A DNA stretch of 64,000 nucleotides from Thermoanaerobaculia bacterium. GTDB lineage: Bacteria > Acidobacteriota > Thermoanaerobaculia > Gp7-AA8. The notes beneath the pieces are model-generated. The model saw nothing but the letters and a program-made list of their open reading frames with translations, had not been told where the DNA came from and searched no databases. Location: contig JBBRTE010000014.1 in NCBI GenBank assembly GCA_038244715.1, forward strand, positions 61,775 to 125,774, given 5' to 3'. Every line of letters starts with the position of its first letter. The stretch's first letter is position 1. A program made the translations under genes and the position numbers. Of this stretch, positions 54,883 through 64,000 are shown in pieces.

Positions 54883-56172
54883 CTACGAGTCCCTCTCCCG
54901 GCGAATCCTTGCACCCAGCGGATTTAAACGCTCCTCGATCCGTTCGTATCCGCGGTCGATCTGATGCACGTTGTGGATCACGCTCTCGCCTTTGGCGCAC
55001 AGCGCGGCCAGCAGCAGTGCCATGCCGGCGCGAATGTCGGGGCTGGAGATCTCGGCGCCGGTGAGGCGGTTGCCACCGACGATGATGGCGCGATGCGGAT
55101 CGCAGAGGATGATCCGCGCTCCCATCTGAATCAGCTTGTCGGTGAAGAAGAGCCGGGACTCGAACATCTTCTCGAAGATCATCACCGTCCCCTCGGCCTG
55201 CGTGGCCATGACGATCATGATCGAGAGCAGGTCGGCCGGAAAAAGCGGCCAGGGACCGTCGTCGATCTTCGGTACCGCGGCGCCGATGTCGTAGCGCACG
55301 CGCAGGGCCTGATCCTTCGGAACGCGGATGTCCTTTCCTTCGACCTTGATCTCGATGCCGAGCTTCTCGAGCATGTAACGGACGGCGTACATGTGCTGGG
55401 GCACGGCATCTTCGATGACCAGCTCGCTGCGCGTAACCACGGCCAGGCCGATGTACGAGCCGACCTCGATGTGGTCGCTCGGGATGTAGAAGTCACCTCC
55501 GTGCAGCGAGTCGACTCCATGAATGCGCAGGGAGTTCGTGGCGATCCCTTCGACCTGCGCGCCGAGGAGGTTGAGGAAGCTGCAGAGGTCCTGGACGTGC
55601 GGTTCCGCCGCGGCGTTGTAGATGAGCGTCTCGCCCTCAGCGAGGACGGCGGCCATGATGGCGTTCTCGGTCGCCGTGACCGAAGCCTCGTCGAGAAACA
55701 TGTTCGCGCCGCGCAGGTGGTGTACCGACATGCGGTACTCCTGCGCGGAGACCTCGATCTGCGCGCCGAGGGCTTCGAGTGCGAGGAGGTGGGTGTCGAC
55801 GCGGCGGCGGCCGATGGCGTCGCCGCCGGGCTTGGCGATGGTCGCCGCGCCGCAGCGAGCCAGCAGCGGACCGGCCAGCAGGATCGATGCGCGGATCTTC
55901 CGTGACAGCTCCGGATCGGGCTCAGAGGAGCATTCGTCCTTCGTGTGGATGCGGACGACGTTGGGCTCCAGTCTTTCCACGGAAGAGCCGAGGCCCTCCA
56001 TGATCTGGAGCATGACCCGCACGTCCTGAATGTCGGGGAGATTGCGAAGGACGACCGGCTCGTCCGTGAGGAGGCAGGCCGCCAGGATCGGCAGCGCCGC
56101 GTTCTTGTTGCCACCGGGGCGGATGCGGCCTTCCAGCCTGCGTCCGCCTTCTACGATGAACCGTTCCATCAT
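54883..56172 (-). CDS. murA: UDP-N-acetylglucosamine 1-carboxyvinyltransferase
   Basis: GNKNAAL, RASI, PGGDAIGRR, DEASVTATEN, MFESR, IDRGYE. Confidence 0.95.
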   Translation of the reverse strand: MMERFIVEGGRRLEGRIRPGGNKNAALPILAACLLTDEPVVLRNLPDIQDVRVMLQIMEGLGSSVERLEPNVVRIHTKDECSSEPDPELSRKIRASILLAGPLLARCGAATIAKPGGDAIGRRRVDTHLLALEALGAQIEVSAQEYRMSVHHLRGANMFLDEASVTATENAIMAAVLAEGETLIYNAAAEPHVQDLCSFLNLLGAQVEGIATNSLRIHGVDSLHGGDFYIPSDHIEVGSYIGLAVVTRSELVIEDAVPQHMYAVRYMLEKLGIEIKVEGKDIRVPKDQALRVRYDIGAAVPKIDDGPWPLFPADLLSIMIVMATQAEGTVMIFEKMFESRLFFTDKLIQMGARIILCDPHRAIIVGGNRLTGAEISSPDIRAGMALLLAALCAKGESVIHNVHQIDRGYERIEERLNPLGARIRRERDS

Positions 56173-56259
56173 GCGGCGCGGATTGTATCTCGCGGGTTCG
56201 GCCGGCCTCGGAAAACGTACCGGAGCTGGTGGCGGCCTTTGGACGTGCTGAGAACCCGT

Positions 56260-56333
56260 GATGTTGAATGTTGAATGCAGTCGTCGCGTTGCTCTCGAGC
56301 CATTCAACATTGAACACTCGACATTCAACATTT
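56260..56333. repeat. Second inverted heptamer (TGTTGAA) tandem-repeat element
   Basis: GATGTTG AATGTTG AATGCAG ... CATTCAA CATTGAA CACTCGA CATTCAA CATT. Confidence 0.85.
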
Positions 56334-56428
56334 TCTGTCACGCCCGTCCCGGGACGGAACGCGATTGTCTTCAGAACGAAGCCCCCGTTCACTTCGCCGG
56401 CCTCCCCACGACGCTGGTACCATGACCC

Positions 56429-57268
56429 TTGATGATCGTCGCCCCCCTTTCCTCCGGCAGCGCGGGGAATTCCTACTACTTCGAGAGCGACGGCACCTCC
56501 ATCCTGGTCGACGCCGGACTCGGTCCGCGCGAGACCAAGAAACGCCTGGAGCAGGTAGGGAAGACCATCGAGAGTCTGCAGGCGCTCGTCATCACGCACG
56601 AACACTACGATCACATCCGCGGTGCCGCGTCGCTGGCTCGCAAGTACCACATTCCCATCTACCTGACGCAAGGGACTCTCGATGCCAGTAAGATCGATCG
56701 CGACACAGCGCAGACGATCGTGTTTCCGAACGATTCGACGTTCACGATCGGGGAGCTGAATATTCATGCGCGGCGCACACTGCATGACGCTGCGGATCCG
56801 GCCTGCTTCGTGATCGAAGCGCGCGACGGGACCCGCGTCGGCGTCGCCAGCGACCTCGGGCATGCAGATGCGCCGGTGATCCGTCATCTCTCGGACTGCG
56901 ACGGGCTGTTCTTCGAAGCCAATCACGACCTCGACATGCTGCGTCTGGGGAGCTACCCGTGGTCTCTCAAGCGCAGGATCATGTCCCGCTTCGGTCACCT
57001 GTCGAACGACGACTCGATGCTCGCGCTGCAGCGGATGATCGGCGGCGATCTCAAGAACCTCTGTCTGATCCACCTGTCGCAGCGGAACAATCACGAATCG
57101 ATCGTCCGCGACATGGCCACGCGCCTGCTCACGAAGCTCGGAGTGACGACGCAACTCGAACTGTCGATTGCCCGGCAGTTCGAAGCCACCGGTGTCTATG
57201 AGATTTCGCGCCGCCGGCCGGCACGACCGAAGCTGCAGGCGCTGCACACGCAGCTGGCGCTCTTCTGA
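56429..57268 (+). CDS. MBL-fold metallo-hydrolase (YycJ/WalJ-like)
   Basis: SSGSAGNS, THEHYDHI, LHDAADP, EANHD, GHLSN, HLS. Confidence 0.88.
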   Translation: MMIVAPLSSGSAGNSYYFESDGTSILVDAGLGPRETKKRLEQVGKTIESLQALVITHEHYDHIRGAASLARKYHIPIYLTQGTLDASKIDRDTAQTIVFPNDSTFTIGELNIHARRTLHDAADPACFVIEARDGTRVGVASDLGHADAPVIRHLSDCDGLFFEANHDLDMLRLGSYPWSLKRRIMSRFGHLSNDDSMLALQRMIGGDLKNLCLIHLSQRNNHESIVRDMATRLLTKLGVTTQLELSIARQFEATGVYEISRRRPARPKLQALHTQLALF

Positions 57269-57304
57269 CGCGGCGCGCCTCCCGTTGCGGCATACTCCCG
57301 TGCC

Positions 57305-59119
57305 GTGTCCGACCCTCGCGCCACCTACGACGAACGCCTGACCAGGCATCGCGCCGAGGTCGCCCGTCTGAGGTCTCGCGAGCGGACGATGTCGATTGCT
57401 CGCATCGTGCTCTTCGTCGCGGCAGTGGTCATCGCCGCCGTTCACTTCAGCGCCTGGGTCCTCCTTCCAATCCTCGGCTTCGTAATCCTGGTGGTGACCC
57501 ACGACCAGGCGATCAAGCGGCGGCGCCGTGCCGAAGCAGCGGCGCGATTCTGCGAGCATGGGATCGAGCGTCTGAGCGGTGCGTGGCGCGGGAACGGGGT
57601 CGATGGGCAGGGTCTCGCCGACGCGCACCATCCGTTTGCAGGAGATCTCGACGTCCTCGGCAAGGGCTCGTTGTTCGAGCGCCTCTGCCTCGCGGTCACA
57701 GTAGCCGGCCGGTTGATGCTGGCCCGCTGGCTTCTCAACCCCGCGCATGCAGCGGCGGTCGAGGTGCGCGAGCGACAGGCTGCGGTGGTTGAACTGCGCG
57801 AACGGGTAGAGCTGCGCGAAGAGATCTTCGTCGCCGCGGACGAGGTAGCGAGCGGCGTCGAAGAAGCGCGACTGGGTGAATGGTCGAAGGACGTTCCCTC
57901 GCTCTCGCAGCGGGAACGGATTGCGGCGCTGGTGATCACCGCGCTGACGTTGATCGCTACCGCGATGGCCATCCCGACGCTCGTCTCACGATTCGTGAAC
58001 GCGACGAATCCAGGAACCATGGTGCCTCGTTCGCCGCTGGCGTCGATCCCGTTGCTGGTGATGATTCCCATCGTGGCGATTTTCGCGCGGCGGATGGCCG
58101 GGCGGGTCAGCCGGGTCGTCAGCGCGGTGGAGCGCCGCGAGCCGGCGTTCGCGCTGCTGGCCGGGCTGCTGACCGTGCTCGAGCGTCAGACCTTCAAGTC
58201 ACCACGACTGCGCACGCTGGAGCAGAGTCTCCGCCGCGACGGCGTTCCGGCCTCGCAGCAGATCGAGCGCCTGCGCAAACTCGTTGCCCTGCTCGACGCA
58301 CGCCGCAATCAGTTCTTCGCGCCGTTCGCGATGCTCTTCCTCTGGACGACCAACATCGCCTTCGCCATCGAGCACTGGCGCGCCGAGTCGGGACGCGAGA
58401 TTGTCGCGTGGATCGAGACCATTGCCGAGCTGGAGGCGTTGCTATCGCTCAGCTCCTTCGCATTCGAGAATCCCGCGTTCGCGATGCCGGAGATCGCGGA
58501 GAGCGGCGCGGTCTTCGAAGGGATCGCCATCGGTCATCCGCTGATCCCTGGAGATCGGCGGGTGACGAACGATATCCGCTTGGGCGAGGATCTGCGGCTG
58601 TTGATTGTCAGCGGCTCCAACATGTCGGGCAAGAGCACGTTGCTCCGCTCGATCGGGGTGAACACGTTGCTGGCCCTCGCGGGCGGACCGGTCTGCGCGT
58701 CGCGGCTGCGCGTGAGCCCCATGGCCGTCGGTGCATCCATCAGTCTCAATGACTCGCTGCAGGAGGGCGCCTCCCGCTTTTACGCCGAGATCCTGCGCAT
58801 CCGCGACATCCTACGCATGGCGCCGCCGCTCCTCTTCCTGCTCGACGAAGTTCTGGGCGGGACGAATTCTCACGACCGGCGCATCGGTGCCGAGGCGATC
58901 ATCCGCAGCCTCGTGGAGAAGGGAGCGATCGGACTGGCGACCACGCACGATCTCGCGCTCGCCCAGATCGCCGACGAGTTGGCCCCGCGAGCTGCGAACG
59001 TCCACTTCGAGGATCAGATCGAAGAGGGCCGCGTCACGTTCGACTACCGCATGCGATCCGGCATCGTGCAGAAGAGCAATGCGCTGGAGCTGATGCGCGC
59101 CGTGGGCATCGAAGTGTGA
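57305..59119 (+). CDS. Membrane-anchored MutS-related ATPase (domain V only)
   Basis: TM segments; SGSNMSGKSTLLR, SRFYAE, LDEVLGGTN, TTHDL. Confidence 0.85.
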   Translation: MSDPRATYDERLTRHRAEVARLRSRERTMSIARIVLFVAAVVIAAVHFSAWVLLPILGFVILVVTHDQAIKRRRRAEAAARFCEHGIERLSGAWRGNGVDGQGLADAHHPFAGDLDVLGKGSLFERLCLAVTVAGRLMLARWLLNPAHAAAVEVRERQAAVVELRERVELREEIFVAADEVASGVEEARLGEWSKDVPSLSQRERIAALVITALTLIATAMAIPTLVSRFVNATNPGTMVPRSPLASIPLLVMIPIVAIFARRMAGRVSRVVSAVERREPAFALLAGLLTVLERQTFKSPRLRTLEQSLRRDGVPASQQIERLRKLVALLDARRNQFFAPFAMLFLWTTNIAFAIEHWRAESGREIVAWIETIAELEALLSLSSFAFENPAFAMPEIAESGAVFEGIAIGHPLIPGDRRVTNDIRLGEDLRLLIVSGSNMSGKSTLLRSIGVNTLLALAGGPVCASRLRVSPMAVGASISLNDSLQEGASRFYAEILRIRDILRMAPPLLFLLDEVLGGTNSHDRRIGAEAIIRSLVEKGAIGLATTHDLALAQIADELAPRAANVHFEDQIEEGRVTFDYRMRSGIVQKSNALELMRAVGIEV

Positions 59120-59127
59120 AGGTACGG

Positions 59128-60105
59128 TTACCCGTTCACTGCCGCCATGCTCGGGTAGCGGTCGCCTGCCGCCACACCCTTTGGCGCGAACTCGTCGATC
59201 CGGGCGAGATCGTCCGTTGTCAGCTCGATCTCCGCGGCGGCGATGTTCTCCTCGATGTGGTGAATGCTCTTGCTGCCGGGGATCGGAACGATGTCGTCGC
59301 CGCGCGACAACAGCCACGCGAGTGCAAGCTGGGCCGGCGTAACGTCTTTTGACTTCGCCATCTCTTCGATCCGTTTTACCAGGTCGAGATTGCGCCCGAA
59401 GTTCTCTCCCTGGAATCGTGGTGACATGCGCCGGTAATCGCCGGGCTCGAAGTCGTCGATCGTCTTGAAACGTCCGGAGAGAAAGCCGCGGCCGATCGGG
59501 GAGTAGGCGACGAAGCCGATTCCCAGCTCGCGCACCGTTGGCAGAATCTCGTCCTCCGGATCGCGGCTCCAGAGCGAGTACTCGGTCTGCAGCGCAGTGA
59601 TCGGATGCACCTTGTGTGCTCGCCTGATCGTCTCCGGCGCCGCCTCGGACAATCCGAGGTACCGCACCTTGCCGGCGCGGACGAGCTCGGACATCGCGCC
59701 GACCGTCTCCTCGATCGGCGTCGAACGATCGACGCGATGCTGGTAGTAGAGGTCGATGTGATCGATGCCGAGCCGTTTGAGCGAAGCGTCACAGCATTGG
59801 CGGACGTACTCGGGTTTCCCGTTGACGCCGAGGAAGCCGCCATCGTCGCCGCGCATGTTGCCAAACTTCGTGGCGAGGACGACTTCATCCCGCCGATCGC
59901 GAATGGCGCGGCCGACGAGCTGCTCGTTCGTGTACGGTCCATACATGTCGGCCGTATCGAGAAAGTTGCAGCCGAGGTCGAGCGCGCGATGGATCGTGGC
60001 GATGGATTGCGCGTCGTCGTGGGAGCCGTAGAACTCGGACATGCCCATGCAGCCCAGTCCGATCGCGGAGACTGTGAGTGATTTGCCCAGGACTCGTTTC
60101 TTCAC
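59128..60105 (-). CDS. Aldo/keto reductase
   Basis: [40 protein letters not shown]; GTG at 60105. Confidence 0.95.
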   Translation of the reverse strand: MKKRVLGKSLTVSAIGLGCMGMSEFYGSHDDAQSIATIHRALDLGCNFLDTADMYGPYTNEQLVGRAIRDRRDEVVLATKFGNMRGDDGGFLGVNGKPEYVRQCCDASLKRLGIDHIDLYYQHRVDRSTPIEETVGAMSELVRAGKVRYLGLSEAAPETIRRAHKVHPITALQTEYSLWSRDPEDEILPTVRELGIGFVAYSPIGRGFLSGRFKTIDDFEPGDYRRMSPRFQGENFGRNLDLVKRIEEMAKSKDVTPAQLALAWLLSRGDDIVPIPGSKSIHHIEENIAAAEIELTTDDLARIDEFAPKGVAAGDRYPSMAAVNG

Positions 60106-60184
60106 AGTCGATTCTCCTGATTGCGTGGCGGCTCGTTGACCGTGCGCTCCCCCGCTCGCCATGCAGCAAGGGGAGTGCCCGCGA

Positions 60185-61045
60185 TCACCGGAATTCGATC
60201 CAGTCGCTCGATCCGGCGATCCGGGTCGAGCCTTCTGTCACCTGCTCATGAACGAAGACGCGGATGCGGATCGGATGCTTGACCTCCGGGAGCGAGAAGG
60301 CCCGGTCGAGGTCCTGCGTGAGCGTGATGCTGCCGCTGGGTGCCGTCACGAAATCGGGAGTAGGCGGCAACGGCGAGCGATCCCCCGTGACGATGATGTG
60401 CGGGCCGATGCCGAACGTTCGTCCCGCTGTTGGCGATTCGAAGACGATCGTCAGAAAATACGTCGACGGCTTGAAATTCTGAATGTTGTAGTCGACCGTC
60501 GCCCGGATCGTGGTCGACGGGGTGAGCACGCTTCCAGCGGCCGGAGTGATTGTCCGAACGCTGACCGTTGCGGTCCCGACGGCACCCGGCTTCGCGCTGA
60601 TGTCGCTGGTCTGCAGCTCCCACGGCCCCACGCCGGTCATCTGCATCTCCGTCGCCTCGGGGAACGAGAGGTAGTGCATGACCCGCGGCGGATTCACATA
60701 GAAACTGCCGGGACCATAGCGGGTCACGGGGCCGGTCCCGGCGACCGAACCGAAGCCGAGGTTCACGGAACCCGAGAGGATCGTGACACGTTCCTGGCGG
60801 GGGTGCCAATGGGGCGGAATCGCGGAGCCCGCCGGGATGCGGACGCGCATCGTGAACAGTCCATCAACCGTCGGGTTGCCTTCCAGGATGGCCATCTTCG
60901 AGCCGGGTGGGAGGGTGGCGGGGGCGTCCTTCCAGACGATCGAGTCGGCAGTGAATCCGATCGGGGAATCGGGCTTCCGCGGTGCTGGCTGAGCCCAGGC
61001 CGTCCAGGCGACAGCGAGTAGGAGGGCTGCGATCGAAGTGCGCAT
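60185..61045 (-). CDS. Exported cupin (DUF4437-like) protein with an extra C-terminal beta domain
   Basis: Signal peptide; [17 protein letters not shown]. Confidence 0.75.
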   Translation of the reverse strand: MRTSIAALLLAVAWTAWAQPAPRKPDSPIGFTADSIVWKDAPATLPPGSKMAILEGNPTVDGLFTMRVRIPAGSAIPPHWHPRQERVTILSGSVNLGFGSVAGTGPVTRYGPGSFYVNPPRVMHYLSFPEATEMQMTGVGPWELQTSDISAKPGAVGTATVSVRTITPAAGSVLTPSTTIRATVDYNIQNFKPSTYFLTIVFESPTAGRTFGIGPHIIVTGDRSPLPPTPDFVTAPSGSITLTQDLDRAFSLPEVKHPIRIRVFVHEQVTEGSTRIAGSSDWIEFR

Positions 61046-61102
61046 GGAGCGAATGATACGTCCGGGCGTCGGGGAGGTCGGAATACCTGTGCAAGGAACC
61101 TG

Positions 61103-61131
61103 TTGACATCGCGCGTAGAGTGAATAAAAAT
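61103..61131 (+). promoter_or_regulatory. Sigma70-type promoter of the arg operon
   Basis: TTGACA (61103-08) and TAAAAAT (61125-31). Confidence 0.7.
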
Positions 61132-61156
61132 TCATCCCGATGAATAATCATGCACA
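61119..61156. promoter_or_regulatory. Tandem ARG boxes (ArgR operator)
   Basis: AGTGAATAAAAATTCATC and GATGAATAATCATGCACA, 2 bp apart; both fit TGAAT-N4-ATNCA. Confidence 0.85.
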
Positions 61157-61646
61157 TGGCGATGTCCTGCGGAGACGCGACGAAATCGTCCGCCTCATCA
61201 GCGATCATCCCGTCCATTCCCAGGACGAGCTGCTGGCGCTGCTGAAGCGGCGCGGTTTCCGCGTCACGCAGCCGACGCTCTCCCGCGACCTGCGCGAGCT
61301 CGGCGTCGCCAAGTCGCCGAACGGCTACGTCACGCAGGACGCCTTCGCCGGCGGTGCCGTGGTGGCCTTCGCTCCTCGCGACGTCCGCGAGACGCGCGTC
61401 GATCAGGCCGTTGCCGAATACGTCACCGGCGCCGACACCGCCGGCAACCTCGTCGTCATCCGTACTCCTGCCGCGAGCGCGCAGCCGGTGGCCAGCGCCA
61501 TCGACGGCGCCTCGATCGACGGCGTCCTCGGCACGATCGGCGGCGACGACACGATCTTCGTCGCCTTCCGTACGCCCGCTTCCGCCTCCGCCTTCGTCGA
61601 GCGCCTCCGACGAATCATCGGGATCGGCCGCCGCTCCGCCCGCTGA
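61140..61646 (+). CDS. argR: Arginine repressor
   Basis: SQDELL, VTQPTLSRDLREL, GTIGGDDT. Confidence 0.95.
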   Translation: MNNHAHGDVLRRRDEIVRLISDHPVHSQDELLALLKRRGFRVTQPTLSRDLRELGVAKSPNGYVTQDAFAGGAVVAFAPRDVRETRVDQAVAEYVTGADTAGNLVVIRTPAASAQPVASAIDGASIDGVLGTIGGDDTIFVAFRTPASASAFVERLRRIIGIGRRSAR

Positions 61647-61665
61647 GTTTTTCCAGACAACTGCC

Positions 61666-62691
61666 ATGAACGAACCAAACGTGATTTCACGGAAGCGCGT
61701 CGCCATCGTCGGTGCGACCGGGTACTCCGGTGCCGAACTGACGGCGATCCTCGCGCGCCACCGCCAGGTGGAACTGGTCGCGCTCTTCTCGTCGAGCAGC
61801 ACGGCCCGTGGTCCGGTCACGCCGACCCTCCCGCAGTTCATCGCCGAGCCCTTCACGATGGAGGCGCTCGTCGCCGCGGAGCCTGAGATCGTCTTCCTCT
61901 GCACGCCGAACGAGGTCTCCGCCGATCTCGCGCCGCAACTCCTCGACCGGGGCATGCGCGTCATCGACCTCTCGGGTGCATTCCGCCTCGACGAGCCGTC
62001 GCTGTACCCGACCTGGTACGGCTTCGACCATGAACGGCCGAACCTCCTGAACGAGGCGGTCTATGGCCTCACCGAGTATTGCAACGGCGAGTTGAAGAAT
62101 GCGCGCCTGGTCGCGAATCCCGGCTGCTATCCGACCTCGATCCTCCTGGCGCTCCGGCCGCTGAACTTCGCGATCGACCGCGAGCAACCCGTAATTTGCG
62201 ATTCCAAGAGCGGTGTCTCCGGCGCTGGCAAGAAAGCGGACGTGAACTTCTCGTTCGCCGAGCTGTTCGGCAACTTCAAGGCCTACGGCGTCGGTCAGCA
62301 CCGTCACGAGCCCGAGATCCGCCAGGAGCTTCACCTCGGCGATCGCGCGCCACTGGTGTTTGTCGCTCATCTGCTGCCGATCCATCGCGGCATTCTCTCG
62401 ACGATGCACATCGCTTTCACGCACCCGATGACGGATCAGCAGATCACCGACGCTTACGCGCGCGCCTACGCCAACGCACCGCTCGTGCGCGTGCTCCCGG
62501 CGGGACAACTGCCCGAACTGAAGAATGTCGTGAGCACACCACGAGCCGAGATCGGATTCACGCTGCTCCACGGTGGGCGACGGGCGGTGATCGTCTCGGT
62601 CATCGACAACCTGCTCAAGGGCGCTGCATCGCAGGCGGTGCAGAACTTCAACCGGATGTGCGATTTCCCGGAAACGGAGGCATTGGTCTGA
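61666..62691 (+). CDS. argC: N-acetyl-gamma-glutamyl-phosphate reductase
   Basis: GATGYSG, DLSGAFRL, ANPGCYPT, SGVSGAG, DNLLKGAASQAVQN. Confidence 0.96.
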   Translation: MNEPNVISRKRVAIVGATGYSGAELTAILARHRQVELVALFSSSSTARGPVTPTLPQFIAEPFTMEALVAAEPEIVFLCTPNEVSADLAPQLLDRGMRVIDLSGAFRLDEPSLYPTWYGFDHERPNLLNEAVYGLTEYCNGELKNARLVANPGCYPTSILLALRPLNFAIDREQPVICDSKSGVSGAGKKADVNFSFAELFGNFKAYGVGQHRHEPEIRQELHLGDRAPLVFVAHLLPIHRGILSTMHIAFTHPMTDQQITDAYARAYANAPLVRVLPAGQLPELKNVVSTPRAEIGFTLLHGGRRAVIVSVIDNLLKGAASQAVQNFNRMCDFPETEALV

Positions 62692-63431
62692 TGAACGTCA
62701 TCAAATTGGGCGGAAGCCTTCTCGACGATCCGGCGCGGCGTGCCCTGGCCCTGCGCGCCATCGGTGATCGCTGGAAGCGGGGCGATCAGCTCGTGCTCGT
62801 GCACGGCGGCGGCAAGCACGTCGACGCCAATCTCGCGCGCCTCGGCATTTCGAAACGCACCCATGCCGGATTGCGCATCACCGACGACCAGACGCTCGAC
62901 GTCGTGGTGGCGACGCTCGCCGGTTCGGTCAACAAGATGCTGGTTTCGGAGCTGGCGGCCATTGGCATCCGCGCGGCGGGCATCAGCGGATGCGATGGGT
63001 CGACGCTCACCGCGGAACGGCATCCCGCCATCGACGGAATCGATCTCGGACATGCCGGCCGTGTCGTCGCGGGCGATCCGGGCCTGCTCCAGGCGATCGT
63101 GAACGCCGGAATCCTGCCGGTCGTCTCGTCGGTAGCCCTGGGTCCTGACGGCACCTTGCTGAATGTGAATGCCGACTCGGCCGCGGCGGCGATCGCGATC
63201 GCGGTTGGCGCCGAAGAACTGATCTTCATTACGGATGTGGCCGGGCTGCTGGATGCCAGCGGAAAGGTCGTGCACGAGCTGCACGCCAACGAAGCAGAAG
63301 CGCTGCTCGGGAGCGAAGTCGTGAGCGGCGGCATGCGCCCGAAGCTGCTGGCCGCACTGCACGCGCTCGAATCCGGCGTGGGAAAAATCACGATCGGAGA
63401 AGAGGGAGGAACGCAGCTCATCGCTGCGTGA
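62691..63431 (+). CDS. argB: Acetylglutamate kinase
   Basis: VIKLGG, VHGGGK, GLRITD, NVNAD, GGMRPK. Confidence 0.93.
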   Translation: MNVIKLGGSLLDDPARRALALRAIGDRWKRGDQLVLVHGGGKHVDANLARLGISKRTHAGLRITDDQTLDVVVATLAGSVNKMLVSELAAIGIRAAGISGCDGSTLTAERHPAIDGIDLGHAGRVVAGDPGLLQAIVNAGILPVVSSVALGPDGTLLNVNADSAAAAIAIAVGAEELIFITDVAGLLDASGKVVHELHANEAEALLGSEVVSGGMRPKLLAALHALESGVGKITIGEEGGTQLIAA

Positions 63432-63444
63432 ACTGGAGACAACG

Positions 63445-64000
63445 ATGCTGATCCACGACGAATCCCCCGCCGCCGTTGAAGAGCGCGAGAAAGCGTTCCT
63501 CCTCGGCACGTATGCACGCACCGCGTTTCATCCGCGCAGCGGAAAGGGTGCGCGCATCACGGACGCCGACGGCCACGAGTACTGGGACTTTCTTGGCGGC
63601 ATCGCCGTCAACATCCTCGGCCATCGTCACCCGCGACTGATCAAGGCGTTGCGCGAGGAGTCGAACGCGCTCCTTCACATTTCGAACCTTTACTACCATC
63701 CTGCCCAGGGCCTGCTGGCGGAGCGGCTCGTGCGCGCGTCGGGTCTCTGCCGCGCATTTTTCTGCAACAGCGGAACCGAGGCGAATGAGGCGGCGCTGAA
63801 GTTCGCGCGGCTGGCGAATCCCGGGCGGTTCGGCATCGTCGCGCTCAACGAGAGCTTCCATGGCCGCACGATGGGATCGTTGGCGATGACAGGGCATGAA
63901 GCGTATCGCGCGCCGTTCGAGCCGCTGATTCCGGGCGTGACGTTCGTCGAGCCAAACGATGTTCCTGCACTCGAGGCCGCGGTTGACGATACGACCTCCG
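63445..64000 (+). CDS. argD: Acetylornithine aminotransferase, 3'-partial (not in the ORF track)
   Basis: My translation from ATG 63445: DFLGGIAVNILGH, FCNSGTEANEAA, SFHGRT; GGAG RBS. Confidence 0.92.
   Translation, partial: MLIHDESPAAVEEREKAFLLGTYARTAFHPRSGKGARITDADGHEYWDFLGGIAVNILGHRHPRLIKALREESNALLHISNLYYHPAQGLLAERLVRASGLCRAFFCNSGTEANEAALKFARLANPGRFGIVALNESFHGRTMGSLAMTGHEAYRAPFEPLIPGVTFVEPNDVPALEAAVDDTTS

Noticed and set aside
54742-56333. CRISPR array
   Set aside because: The repeats are 7-nt tandem units without unique spacers, and there are no cas genes.
56344-56357. Perfect 14-bp palindrome CCGTCCCGGGACGG in the murA/MBL divergent spacer
   Set aside because: All-GC-rich palindromes of this size arise by chance at this base composition; no supporting context.

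Overview
GC-rich bacterial chromosomal window of roughly 64 CDSs. Gene content (SPOR-SpoIID, DUF4388-type TPR proteins, a stand-alone DnaC-like ATPase, cdaA-cdaR-glmM, the lol/TPR/ispE layout) suggests Acidobacteriota, possibly Thermoanaerobaculia; this is inference. Most genes are housekeeping or envelope genes: radical SAM, ArnT-like transferase, AsnB, a DinG-type nuclease-helicase, tsaB/rimI, lysS, selA, plsC, 2-oxoacid oxidoreductase, ispE, folE, hrpB, hisN, an amino-acid ABC transporter, glmM/cdaR/cdaA/folP/murA, a MutS-like ATPase and the start of the arg operon (argR-argC-argB-argD). By eye I found no rRNA, tRNA, CRISPR array, transposase or phage gene. The most unusual signals are: (1) a multi-stem RNA with pseudoknot or switch potential in the leader of a self-contained gene that starts with a basic helical peptide (45157-45940); (2) an FHA/membrane gene split at an A10 run (possible slippage, phase variation or assembly error); (3) a large orphan, divergent class III nucleotide cyclase; (4) short (7-8 nt) tandem-repeat elements, three forming intergenic hairpins and one lying in frame inside glmM; (5) MurA with the Cys-to-Asp fosfomycin-insensitive signature; (6) many apparently leaderless genes. 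All family assignments come from reading motifs; no database search was run.
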